Of a stretch of 64,000 bases of DNA, positions 41,001 through 53,501 are shown piece after piece. How positions within the stretch are numbered: the first letter of the stretch is position 1; each line of letters begins with the position of its first letter. Under the pieces are notes generated by a model that was not told the origin of the DNA, made no database searches, and worked only from the letters and a program-made list of their open reading frames with translations. The position numbers and the translations under genes are program-made. Source of the DNA: Octopus bimaculoides (lineage: Eukaryota); NCBI RefSeq assembly GCF_001194135.2, contig NC_068983.1:143545414-143609413 (forward strand). Direction: 5' to 3'.

Positions 41001-44000
41001 TTTATTTTTCTAATTCAATGCAAGGGTTACACTTGGTTGAACATTTCTTTTAGAAAAGTTATTTATGTACTAATTAGGAGAATGCAGGTGGTTGATGTCA
41101 AGAAATGACACCCTTATGTGACAAGAACATGTAACTATCTAAAGCCCCAGTCAACATAACTGTAAATAGGACATATAAGTTAGTAACAGCTCATTGCTGC
41201 TCATAAGAGTAGCAGTCTACTGTAAAACCAGTGAGTGCTTTGTATTCTTGTGGATATGACATGGAGAGTAGTTGGTGTCACAGAATACTGGTATTGTAAA
41301 TCAGCAATTCTCAAATGGGAGGCATTTGGTTCCCAGAGGAGGAATTTTAACCAGGGGAAAATTGAAGAGGAATTTCTGTCAAAGAAGGATCTCCAAACTA
41401 GAAAAGAATGTGCTGTGTGTGTATATGCATATATATATATTTATATATATATATATATGAGAAAAGATCGAGTTCTATCTCATCCTTTACTTGGGGGGGG
41501 GGGGCGAGGTTCCAAATGTAGATTTCTAATAAAGATCCGTCATATTACATTGGTAGCATACTATTGTAAGTATTTTTTTAATATGAAAATGTTACAAGTA
41601 TAATGTGTGTTATGAGCATTTATAAAACATTTATTCAATAGAAACTCAACAAACAATTAAAGATGAAGAAGAGAAGGTGTTAAAAGTTTTTTAAAATTTC
41701 AATCCATGCATACAATTGTTTCGAACGGTAATATTAACATGTAAATAACATGGTAAAAAAATCAGAAATTAATCTAATTATAATTATAATTAAATTATTT
41801 ACATATTACTGTTCTCCTCGGTGCGAAAAAGAATACATCTGCAGAATATTATATTGTTACAGAAGGCTAGATGGAGTGAGTGTCACATAACATATTCGGA
41901 TAGGCATAATATGCTTATAAAAGATTAAAAAAACATGCTAAGCTACTGTTGAGTCTAGTTGTGTATGAACTATAACTGATGTGGCTAATGGTTGTTTGAA
42001 AATATAAGTGAAAAATGTTTAAGAAACACTCTCTCTGTTTGAAGATAAGTAATTAAGTGATATACATTCTATATGAAGCATTTATCATAAGAAGTAAAAT
42101 ATAATATATATTTATATATATATAATACACACATGCACACACACACATATATAAATAAATAAGCATCCAATGGGACAGCATAGCTATATTTAAATTCATA
42201 TTTGATTTTGACAGTTATGAGTGGTATATAATGAAAATAAAGTATGGTGTATATTAAAAGAAATTGTTTTAAAAATTCTTTGAATAAGAAATATGAATAG
42301 TTAATATAATCTTATATAAGTTACTTGAATTTCAAACGAAAAAAAAGATTTAGGGTTGTGAGGGAGTAATTAAGTTAATATAATGAATGGGAAGAAAGAT
42401 TTATTATTCGTTAAAAAGCATTATATTCATTTTTGTGAAATAAGTCTAAGAGGAAGGACTAAAAAAAAGAGGAATAGTAGTTAATATTACAGAATTGAGA
42501 AAGAAAATACTTGCTCTGGTTAAAATTATTAAAAAAGAACATGGTGATAATAAAAAAAAAGCGTTTTTGAAAGGTTGAGTATGGTAACAGTGTAGGGGAG
42601 ATAAGGCTATTCATAAAGATTTTTCGAAAAATTTCACGTTTATATTTTAATGTTAACTTTGTTAGATATTAAAAAATTACTATATAAATTGAGAATCTAG
42701 TTTTGCATAAAAGAGGTAAAAATCCGTAGTGATATTTTTATAAATAATTTTCTAACTTATATAACATAAAAATCTGTTGTGATATATGGCAAAAATCCTT
42801 AGTGATATTTTTATAGATAATTTTGTTGTGCACCCAAAATTACTATAAGTATAAGCATATATCATCTGTAAGATTTTGATTAATATCAAGTAGATTTGTA
42901 AGAAACCCTAAATAAAAAAATAAAAAAATAAAAAAATAAAAAAGTTGGGATAGTTAAGAGAGGTAGTTTCTTTTTAAAAATACATATACAAATGGAATAG
43001 GTTATGAATAAGAAGGAAGAAAAGAGGGGAAAAAGATAATGAAAAAAGATATACAAGGGCAAAATAGTCACTGAAATAGTATTAAAAGGTATTTGCATAT
43101 ATCAATAGCAAAAAATAAAATATATCATACAAATCAGCAATAGGAAATTATGATTGTAATAGTAACAATATTTAGAATAGGTGAGAGAGGAGTATATCTA
43201 AGTACTTATTGTAAAAGAAATAGATTACAAACAAATAATGTATATATACATGTATATTAAGTAAAGGTTCAAAAATAGTCAAAAATATATATTGAGGAAA
43301 AAAAGGGGAAGGTATATGAATATTTGGTATAGGTGTGATATTAATGGGGGGTAGGGGTGAATAATATATGAATAACTAAGAAGTGTAAGATAATTAATGT
43401 AGAGGGTATTATAGAATAGAAATCTGATGCCATAGATCGGAATAATGTAGAGAGAGGTATTATGGAAAAAACTAAATTATAAGGAGAAGGAATAAGAGAA
43501 AAGTAGTTAAGGTAGGGTTGTGGAAAGATTATTTAAGATTAATAAAAAGGAATTTTGATATTTGTCTACAACAAAAACTTTTTCATCTCTTGAATTAACA
43601 AGAAAACCGTTCATTTTCATTATTTTTTAACTTTCCTCTAGGCATAATTTGTAGATCTTGTTATTATGTCTATAAGATGGAGCTGAAGAAAGTTCCAAGA
43701 AATTGAGTAATCTATATTGCTTCTTTTAAGTTGCCAAACCTTTTTTGATAAACATGTGCTATTTTCTTTTCTAGGGTCATTAAAAGATGATTTATGATTA
43801 TTTATTATATATATATAATGAAATGCCAGTTTACACAACTATAAGGGGTAATCACAATAATTTGCAAAAAGAAAAAAAGAAAAAAACTACTGCTTCAGAG
43901 TTAATCCCATTTGGAACTATTCAATTATTATTATTATTATTGTTATTATTATTATTATTATTTTGTGTAGCCAACAAGTGGAGGGATATCGAGGTAAAGG

Positions 44001-44084
44001 AAGATCTGTCCTTAGGTATAAGGATAAGTTGAAGCAATCACTAAAATTTCTACAGCTAAATTCAACATCTTGGGAAAGTCATTA

Positions 44085-44699
44085 AGGTGGTAGCTGACAG
44101 AATCTCTACTGTGTGGGACAAAATGCTCAGCAGCATTTTTTTCAGTTTTATCTTCTTTTGTGTTCAAATTCCATCAAGGTCAATTTTGCCTTTCATCCTT
44201 TTGGAGTCAATAAAATAAGTATCAGTTAAACACTGTGGTCGATGTAATTGACTTATCCCCTTCCCTGAACTTGCTGGCCTTGTATCAAAATTTGAAACCA
44301 TTATTATTTAGGAAGGGCATCCAGCTGTAGAAACTCTGCCAAATTAGATTGGAGCCTGGTGTTGCCATCCGGTTTCACCAGTCCTCAGTCAAATCGTCCA
44401 ACCCATGCTAGCATGGAAAGCAGACGTTAAATGATGATGATGATGATGATGATGATGATTATTATTATTATTACTGAAGGCAGTGAACTGGCAGAGTCGT
44501 TAGCATGCCAAGCAAAATGCTTAGCAGCATTTCATCCATCTTCATGTTCAGAGTTCAAATTTCTCCGAAGTTTCAGGGTCAATGAATTTCTCCAAGGTTT
44601 CAGGGTCAATAAGTTAAGTACAAGTCAAGTACTGGGGTTGATGTGATCAATTATCCCACTCCCCACAAATTCCAGGCCTTGTGCCTACAGTAAAAAGGA

Positions 44700-44748
<49 letters not shown>

Positions 44749-44955
44749 GGCAGCGAGCTGGCAGAATTGTTAGCACACTGGGTGAAATGCTTAGTGATAT
44801 TTCATCTGTCACTACATTCTGAGTTCAAATTCTGCTGAGGTTGACTTTGCCTTTCATCCTTTCAGGTGTGATAGCTTAAGTACCAGTTACGCACTGGGAT
44901 CAATGTAATCGACTAGTCTCCTCTCCCCAAATTTCAGGCTTTGTGTCATTTGTAG
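44085..44955 (+). mobile_element. Head-to-tail cluster of three Meta-like SINEs ((ATT)n tail variants) with an RTE tail fragment at 44311-44460
   Basis: Repeated head/core motifs, each new unit starting right after the previous (ATT)n/(GAT)n tail. Further copies at ~10085, 11203, 54470, 54633, 55740 and (minus) 39770. Confidence 0.75.
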
Positions 44956-45932
44956 GTGAGCAGGTGTGGTCGCCATTTGTTGAACATGCTTTTCTGCAGC
45001 TCGTCTCCTTGACAGAGCCACAGTCCTTGATCAGGCATAGACCTAGAGTATCTCCGAGCACTCATGGCCCTCAGCCAGTCAGGCAATGTGGTCAGTGGAA
45101 GTTCCACCTTGGAGTTCTATAGGGGATTAGTGGAGGGCAAGAGTGATGACATACTTGGAGAGGTCCTGGGTGTCGAGGAGGATCAACTGGCTGGTCTCTT
45201 CCAGAGGACTTTCAGGCCGGGAACTATGGATAACTTTCATAAATTTCTGGCCTGGCAGTGCTACCGAGGGGCGCTGCCAGTTCAGGATAAGCTCTACAGT
45301 CACGGGTGTGCAGTCAGTCAGTCTGAGATGCACGCAGAGCAATGAAACCGTTCTGTATGCTCTAGTACACTACCCGCACATTGGTGACTTGTGGAGCTTT
45401 GTCAAACAGTTGTTGTTGCATGTAAGATGGATCCAGCTATCATCCGAGTCCATTGTGAAGATCACTCTGCCTCCTTCCTTTGGCCGAGAAGGGAGGGCAA
45501 TTTTTCTCTGTCTGGTGGCTATGGCAAAAGAGATTGTGTGGTGCCTTCCTCTTTGGCCAAGGCCTCATTAACTTTTTCAGGTTCCACCTGAAAAGGAAAG
45601 TGAGGCTGGAGAGGGAGTTCATTGAAAGGTGGGTGAATGTGGCAAGAATGGCCCACGTGAATGGGCTTACTCTAAGTGTGTGCCTGTAGGCCAGAAGGAA
45701 AGGAGAAGAAAGGGTACCTTCCTGAGGAGCCATTGGTGCTAAGGGGTCCAAAGTGCATGAGGTCTCTTTGGTCACCTTATGGTGGAACTCCCCCCCTATT
45801 GGGGAAGCATATTGTTGATTTAATCTCTTTGTTAATCGTGTTTGTTGGCTGTTTACACATTTAACCTCACTGTCCCTCGTCTGTGTATAGTCCTCTATGT
45901 TTTGTGTTCAGCCCTGGTGGCTAGTAAAGAAA
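44956..45932 (+). mobile_element. Tx1/L1-clade LINE 3' fragment (zf-RVT-like C-terminus + 3' UTR)
   Basis: GC-rich island reading AWQCYRGALPVQDKL...[C]LRC..SNETVLYALVH.P...LWSFV across a frameshift. It ends ...TAAAGAAA before (ATT)n/(ATC)n. Confidence 0.75.
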
Positions 45933-46111
45933 GAATTATTATTTTTATTATTATGATTATTATTATGATCATGATCATCATCATCATTAGATTCTCTTCT
46001 TTCAATTTTGTTTCCATCTCTTGCTTAGTGTATTCCCAGTTCCTAAAGCAAAGAATCTCATTGTATACATTGACGGGCCCTTAAAATAAATACATCAGAT
46101 TGTTTATTTGT

Positions 46112-46378
46112 GTGAAGGCACATGGCCTAATGGTTAGAGCAGTGAACTTGCAGTCGAGGGATTGCGGGTTCAAATCTCAGACTGGGTGATGTGTGCGTTT
46201 ATGAAAGAAACACCTAAGCTCCATGTGGCTCTGGCAGGAAGTAATGGCAAAATTCTGCTGATTCTTTCGCCACAACTTTCTCTCACTCTTTCCTCTTACA
46301 TCTAGCAGCTCACCTGCAATGGACCACCGGCCCTTATGAGCCAGGCATGGCTGGAGAAGGAACAAACAACAACAACAA
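46112..46378 (+). mobile_element. tRNA-derived SINE with (CAA)n tail
   Basis: A box TGGCCTAATGG, B box GGGTTCAAATC and (AAC)n end. Confidence 0.75.
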
Positions 46379-48284
46379 TATTGTTCATTTACAAAATCAA
46401 ATAAAGTTATGTAGAGAAAAATTATTTACATGGATGATAATCGTTCTCACAGTGACCATGCTCTTCTCAATACATATGGCATATTATTATTATTATTATT
46501 ATTATCATTAAGGCTGTGAAATATAGAAGTGGTAAAGTGACAGACTAAATGCTTTATAGTATTTAGTTATGTCCCTTTGCTTTATGAATTTAAATTCTAA
46601 TGAAATTTGCATTGCAACTAAAATTTTATCTCTCTCTTAACATGTGTGGTCTTATTCCAATCTAAAAAAATTATTTGTATTATTGATAGAGTTTGGAATT
46701 GAAGAAACGGTAGGGTTCCATTACTTAACTACTGCAGTAACCAAGTTCTCTTATGTACTGGATTCAAATCATGCAGAGTTGACAATACCTCTAATCCCTC
46801 TGGAGTCCACTACATAAATATCAGGCATGTTCTAGTGTTCATTCAGTGACTGATTTTCCTTGTCCTGCCTTGTGCTTATCAAATCATCATCACCACAATT
46901 ATTATCATTGCATCACCATCATCATCATCGTCATCATCATTATTATTGTTTGAAAATTTTTCATTTTATAGGTTTGCAGGATATACAAAAGAAAGTAAGC
47001 TATTTAATTTCAGTTTTGAAGCTTTGGGTCAAGCTTAAATAAATAAACTATTTTCTTTTTTTTTATGGCTTTTGCTACTTTTTCATTTTTTTTTTTTTAA
47101 TATTTACTGGTTTTGAATATTTTTTAAAAATGCAAGATGGGAAAATTGGCACAAATGACCAAAAGCTGGTTAGTTTGCTTTAGCTTGGTGCTACATGGTC
47201 CTGAGTTAAAATCTTATGGGATCATACTAGCAAAATAAGTAACAGTGATATACTGAGGTGGTATATATCAACTATTTTTCTTTACAAAAGGAATTTGAGG
47301 GAGAAAAATGGGAATATATCTCAGCAACATTTTGGTTGATTGAAGTCTAAAAACTTTTATGTCACTTGTTAAGAATTTCTGAGGAATGCTGTTCTGTTTG
47401 GGTTTTGATATATTTTTGATGTTCAAGAAAAAGAGAATATTGTTTTTGACTTGTCGGTGGTAACTAAAGAGATGAAAACTTAATGGAAGTGAATTTCATA
47501 AAGAAGTAAATAATGGATTGGATAGAGTGATGAAGAGAGAGAGAGAGAGAGAGACAGGCAGACAGAGACTAGTTGGTAGGAAGTCAGATGTTGTAAATAT
47601 TTTGAAGTGAATGGGAAGCTGGAGCAGTAAGTTGACAAAGAGCAGAGTTTGTTTTAAATAGAGAGTTGAGAGACAGAGAAGACAGTTCATGCTGGTTAAG
47701 AGGCTAGAATGTGGATATTGTTGTTTATTAATTTAGAGAATGTGTCACCATGTTTCTATGGTGAAAACTTTGGTGAACAGAATGTATGTATGAGTGACAA
47801 CAAAGGTGGAGTGCTAAAGATCACTGAAAAACATCTGGATATATAAAGGTGTTGGTTGATGTGGGCAAGAAATAGGGATATACTGTAAATGGATTACACT
47901 GGCTGAGTAGAAAAAGTTTGTGTTGACATTAGAAACTACTCAAGGAAGAGAAAGACAAGGAAGACAAACCATAGAAAGAATTGGTGAAGTGAGATGTGAG
48001 GATGTTGAACAACACAGATTCAAGAGTAGCAATAATATGACCAATTGCAGCCTTGCCTGACCCATTCTAACTGATGATGATAACTTGATTTGATTATTGT
48101 GATTGTTCTAGAACTAGGTATATAACATTAAAAAGTCCTATGACAAGATTTGATTTGATCTTGGGGTTGCAAATAAACCAATTTATCAAATTGCACATAA
48201 TTTTCTAGTAAATTTTGTCTTCTATAACCGACACCAGCACCACCCTCTCTCACTCTCTCACCTCTCTCTCTCTCTCTCTCTCCC

Positions 48285-48361
<77 letters not shown>

Positions 48362-48682
48362 CCGATATTTTTGCTGTTTTATAGAAAGACAAAATGTAGT
48401 CAACTGCCTAGTTGAAGATCTGTTACAACATCAATGTTAACTGTCTATCTGATAGGCTGTTACCAATCTCTCTTAGCTTAAATTCTTGCTTGCTTGGCAA
48501 AGTGATGTGTTTTTACTTGGTGATTCAGATAAAGGGGTAAGTTAAATAGTTAAATTGCAGTTTTCAAAGACTTTTGCTGTAAAACTTTAAACAAATGTAA
48601 ATCTAGTTCTGTATTTGAGAGATCAGGAATTATGTACATTATTTACATTTGACGGATATTTGTCCTCATCTTGTTTGTTGTT

Positions 48683-48728
48683 AACACAACGTTTCGGCTG
48701 ATATACTTTCCAGCCTTCCTCAGGTGTC
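48683..48728 (-). ncRNA. Minimal type I hammerhead ribozyme motif, intact
   Basis: Minus strand reads GACAC-CTGAGGA-A-GGCTG-gaaagtatat-CAGCC-GAAAC-GTT-GTGTT: stem I GACAC/GTGTT, stem II GGCTG/CAGCC, palindromic AACGTT stem III and a GUU cleavage triplet. Confidence 0.7.
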
Positions 48729-48938
48729 TTGGGAAAATTTTGAACCTGGGTTCTCAATCATAAGGTATTTTTTGATGTTATTATTCAGGTCACCAGGCAT
48801 ATGGCATAGTGGTTAAGAGCGCTGGCTACTAACCCCAAGATTCCGAGTTCATTTCCAGGCAGTGACCTGAATAATAATAATAATAATAACATCGAAAAAT
48901 ACTTTAGGAATGAGAACTCAGGTTTGAAATTTCCCCAA

Positions 48939-48981
48939 GACACCTGATGAAGGCTGGAGAGTATATCATTCGAAACGTGTT
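48939..48981 (+). ncRNA. Degenerate copy of the same hammerhead motif
   Basis: GACAC-CTGATGA-A-GGCTG-gagagtatat-CATTC-GAAAC-GTGTT. Stem II is disrupted and 3 nt are missing at the cleavage site. Confidence 0.6.
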
Positions 48982-49497
48982 AACAACAGACAGGATGAGG
49001 ACAAATATCCATCAAATGTAAATTATGTAAATCTGTCTTGTTATTCTCTTCACACACAGAAAAATAAAAGAGATTGACCACACATCAGAAGACAAGTACC
49101 TCCTCATCCTTTTACTCACAAAGAAAACTTATAGCAATCACTGATTAAATCAAATACAAAAAGAACTTTGCTGTAATGGCTAGACTAATTTGTGACTTAT
49201 GCATTTGTCAACAACATGATTAAATAATTAGTAAATATTTATGCACAAACAACACATACTAGAAAGCCAAAGATAAACATAAAATAGTTGAGCTATTTTA
49301 ACCCTTTTGATACCAACTCCACCATTGTTAATGTCCAATACTAGCCATGGAATGGGAATAACACTAGCTCTACCTATACTCAATCACCATTTCTACCATA
49401 ATCTATCTCTCCAGCTGAGCATTAGGGTCGATGTATTTGACTAGCCCTCTCCCCTAAAATTTCAGGTGTTGTGCCTTCAGTAGAAAGAATTATTTAA

Positions 49498-49714
49498 CCC
49501 TTTAGCATTCAGATTTTTCTATCAAATATAATACTTATTCGCTTTGTTTTGAATAAATTAAACATTATCTTGTAGCTTTGAGATTTTGTTGATGTGAACG
49601 TTTATTTTTTAGAGTGACATAGTAGAGTAGGTGTGAGCGGCCAGATCTGGCTAGTTTGAACATAAAACAAGTAGAATAGTTTGGATGGATATGGCCGGTT
49701 TGAATGCTAAAGGG
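49498..49714. mobile_element. piggyBac-type MITE
   Basis: TTAA-CCCTTTAGCATTCA...TGAATGCTAAAGGG-TTAA. Confidence 0.8.
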
Positions 49715-50176
49715 TTAAGTTGCAGAATGAAACAAATTACCAGGGAATTTTGGTGGATGATTTTAATTTAAGTCACTTTAAACAGGAAGTTTCTATCATT
49801 AGAACCAGGGAAGGCTGGAGGAATGTCTCTGGCAGGTTGGTATCAAAAAGGTTAAAATCTTCCTGTCCCTCATGCCACTTCTCTGTTCGCATCTATGACT
49901 CTCTTATCTGTTAGCATTATCCTCCTATGTTGCTTTCACTGGCATCCATCACACACACACACACTCTTTCTTTCTTTCTCTCTCTCTCCTTTCCCTCTCC
50001 TAGCAGGTATTCATCAGTTTTTTTGGGTTTTTTTCCTTAAGTTCTTACCAGAGCTAACATTACTCTTCTGTATTGCTTGCCTCCACTCCGTCTCCTTCAG
50101 GTCTCTCACTATTGGCATCTATCACACTTACCATAAACCGTTTTATAACTGGCCATCAATTCCTCTCTCTCTCTCT

Positions 50177-50238
<62 letters not shown>

Positions 50239-51104
50239 NNNNNNNNNNNNNNNNNNNNNNNNNNNNNNNNNNNNNNNNNNNNNNNNNNNNNNNNNNNNNN
50301 NNNNNNNNNNNNNNNNNNNNNNNNNNNNNNNNNNNNNNNNNNNNNNNNNNNNNNNNNNNNNNNNNNNNNNNNNNNNNNNNNNNNNNNNNNNNNNNNNNNN
50401 NNNNNNNNNNNNNNNNNNNNNNNNNNNNNNNNNNNNNNNNNNNNNNNNNNNNNNNNNNNNNNNNNNNNNNNNNNNNNNNNNNNNNNNNNNNNNNNNNNNN
50501 NNNNNNNNNNNNNNNNNNNNNNNNNNNNNNNNNNNNNNNNNNNNNNNNNNNNNNNNNNNNNNNNNNNNNNNNNNNNNNNNNNNNNNNNNNNNNTATTGTT
50601 TATATAATAAATTACGCTGTGCGTATCTATGTGTGTAACAATTTTAGAGTTCGGATTCTAGAGTTAGGGTTAGTTTTAGGGTTAGGGTTGAAATGTCAGA
50701 ACTAACGGGGATTAATACGATATACACCGTTACAGCGCTAACTGTTTTCAACTAAATAGACGTCAGTGATTAGTAGAAATTATCGAAATAAGACAATTTT
50801 TTACATGAAATAAATTCGAATACAAAAATTTTTTTCTGTTCTATAACACAAAATAGATAAGTATACGAAGTTTGAAAGTCTTTCGGTACCAAAAACACTA
50901 CATAAAACATAAATGAAAACTGGTGCCCCCGTTTTGAACAAGATCCAACTCTTCTTCTTTAATCACCCTCTCTTCTACTCCTAAGTGGTTGATAAACAAG
51001 TAGAGATATTATTAGATCAAGAGGACCTTTAGTCTTGCCTTGTTGAAGTCATGACAACCTCTCTCGTGATGATGCCATGAAAACAGTATACCTCAGACAC
51101 TGTA

Positions 51105-51415
51105 AAGTGGCTGAGAGCATTGGTCTCACAATTATGAGGTAGTGAGTTCGATTTCCAGAGCGGGCTGTGTGTTGTGTTCGTGAGTAAGACACTTTATTTC
51201 ATGTTGTTCTAGTTCACTCAGTTGTAGAAAGGAATTGCAACATCACTGGTACCAAGCTCTTGGATAACATAAGTGGTGTGCAGAGGGGAGGCTGGTATGC
51301 ATGGGTGACTGCTGATCTTTCATAAACAACCTTGCCTGGACTTGTACCTTGAAAGGGAACTTTTTAGGTGCAATCTCATGGTCATTCATGACTGAAGGGG
51401 GACTTTACCCTTTTA
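51105..51415 (+). mobile_element. tRNA/CORE-type SINE ending ...GGGGGACTTTACCCTTTTAC
   Basis: tRNA-like head with B box GAGTTCGATTTCC and CORE-like GAGTAAGACACTTTATTTCA block. Confidence 0.6.
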
Positions 51416-52509
51416 CAGGAAGAGTATCCAATTTTAGAAATTATGCCAAACTTAAAGACATTTGATTGAGATGTAGTCCCTTGATCCATTTAGGAGGACA
51501 GTAATTCCAAATATGAGATAATTTTTGTCCATGATAACCTGTCAAATTCATGCTAGCAAGGAAAACAAGCATGAAATGATGATATTCATATACATATACC
51601 TCGGTGGTGCTCCAGCAACACTTCAGCCACATACCTGAAACAAGTAAAAGAGTATTTAAATATATTGTTACTCAAAATCAATTTGTTGAAATATAACAAA
51701 TACCATTTACTCATAAAATTTATTGATAATGTTGATTCAATTGAGACCTCGAGTTTTACTCTTAACAGCTTATTCAACCAGTCTGGTTGAATTATTTGGG
51801 GAGAATGAGCCAGAAGTCCTGGTCAAATTAATGTGTGTGTGTGTGATGTGGTTGGCAAAAGCAAGTAGAGATATTGTAGGATCAAGAGGAACCTTAATTT
51901 TGCTTAGTTGAGTACATGACAACTCCACTAGTGCTGGTAGCACAAAAAAAAAAAGCACCCAGTACACACTGCTAAATGGTTGACATTAGATGAGCATCCA
52001 ACCTCAGAAACCTTGCCAAAGCAGACACTGGTCTATGATGCAGTCCTTGGGCTGATCGTTTCCTGTCAAACCAGCCATTCCATGCTAGCATGGAATAGCC
52101 AAACAAATTGACTCCAGTACTTGTTTATAAGTCTGGTACTTATTCTGTTGGACTCTTTTTGCCAAATCGCTAAGTTACAGTGATGTAAACAAACCAACAC
52201 TGGTGGTCAGGCAGTGGTAGGGAGACAAATACACACACATATATGTACAACAGCTTTCCACCCAGTTTCCATCTACCAAATTCACTCATTGCTCAGTCTG
52301 GGCCTATTTAGAAGACACTGCCCACAGTGGGACTGATCCTAAAACCATGAGGTTCTTAATCACACAATTATGCCTGCTCCTGCTGATTATATATATNNNN
52401 NNNNNNNNNNNNNNNNNNNNNNNNNNNNNNNNNNNNNNNNNNNNNNNNNNNNNNNNNNNNNNNNNNNNNNNNNNNNNNNNNNNNNNNNNNNNNNNNNNNN
52501 NNNNNNNNN

Positions 52510-52547
<38 letters not shown>

Positions 52548-53231
52548 GAGAGAGAGAGAGAGAGAGACGCACACACATACACACACACATTTTATTTAAA
52601 ATTTGGTGTAACTGTCAATGCCAGTATGGCTGCCAATTTCACCATCTATCAGTTCATTCAGTAATGATATTAATTCAATTTTCATTTTGTTAATGTTGAT
52701 ATAATAAGGATTAAAGATATTTATTTCAAATAATTCATAGATTATCCTTGATGTATCTATATTTATGCTTCTCTATACAAAAAAAATATATATATTTTAA
52801 AATTTAAGCAGATAAAAGCATTCTTCTCTCATTTCTTATCTAATCTAATATGAATCCAATGAAGATTCATTAATATCTTTACACAATCAATTGATAGCTT
52901 GGAAAACTTCTTAAATACTTGGCCATATCTATGTCTCACACATGCAGACATTCTCATTTAATATATGCATACAGTCTCTCATGCACACACATACACTCTC
53001 ACTTGTGCATACATCAATTCTCTCTCACTTTCTCTGTGACAGACACATATACAATCTCTGTCACTGCATATGTAGTCTTTATTTTTCACACACATACATA
53101 TTATTTACATATATTTAAATTTTTTTCTTTCTTAGACACACACATGTATGCAGTATTTTGGAAAGATATTTGATCTACTTATCAATTTTTTTTTTTCTCA
53201 TAAACAAAATTTTATCTCTGTCTCTCACACA

Positions 53232-53263
<32 letters not shown>

Positions 53264-53501
53264 TGCATACTCACAAATATGCACAACTGCACTTTCTTTC
53301 CTTCACAAACTTCCTGTCCCTAACCCCTTCATTTTTTACTCAGTTTTTCTCAGATTCTTGTCTCTACCTCTACCTTTCTTTCTCAATTTCTCACATATAC
53401 ATAAGTGAAATATTTGACGTTTTTTTTAAGTATCTTTTCTCATCTATCAGTAAAGTGCATCTGTGTGATAGCTCTAAGCAAGCCTTCATATTTTACATAT
53501 A

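Larger units (their letters stand above)
48604..49031. mobile_element. tRNA-headed, Penelope-type hammerhead-containing non-autonomous retroelement arranged as an inverted repeat
   Basis: Inverted arms at ~48635-48793 and 48862-49029 flank a tRNA-like segment with A box TGGCATAGTGG and B-box-like GAGTTCATTTC. Each arm has a CTGA(T/G)GA...GAAAC hammerhead core. Confidence 0.75.

Noticed and set aside
42300-43560. Possible NUMT
   Set aside because: Composition is mtDNA-like, but no mitochondrial protein or rRNA motif was recognisable and the frames I translated contain stops.
48794-48861. tRNA gene
   Set aside because: The acceptor stem is not formed and it is embedded in a repeat; this is a SINE-type head. 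The same applies to the tRNA-like heads at 46112, 51105, 53880 and 57066.
50664-50688. TTAGGG repeats
   Set aside because: Only about three degenerate units inside an interspersed repeat; not a telomere or a telomerase template.
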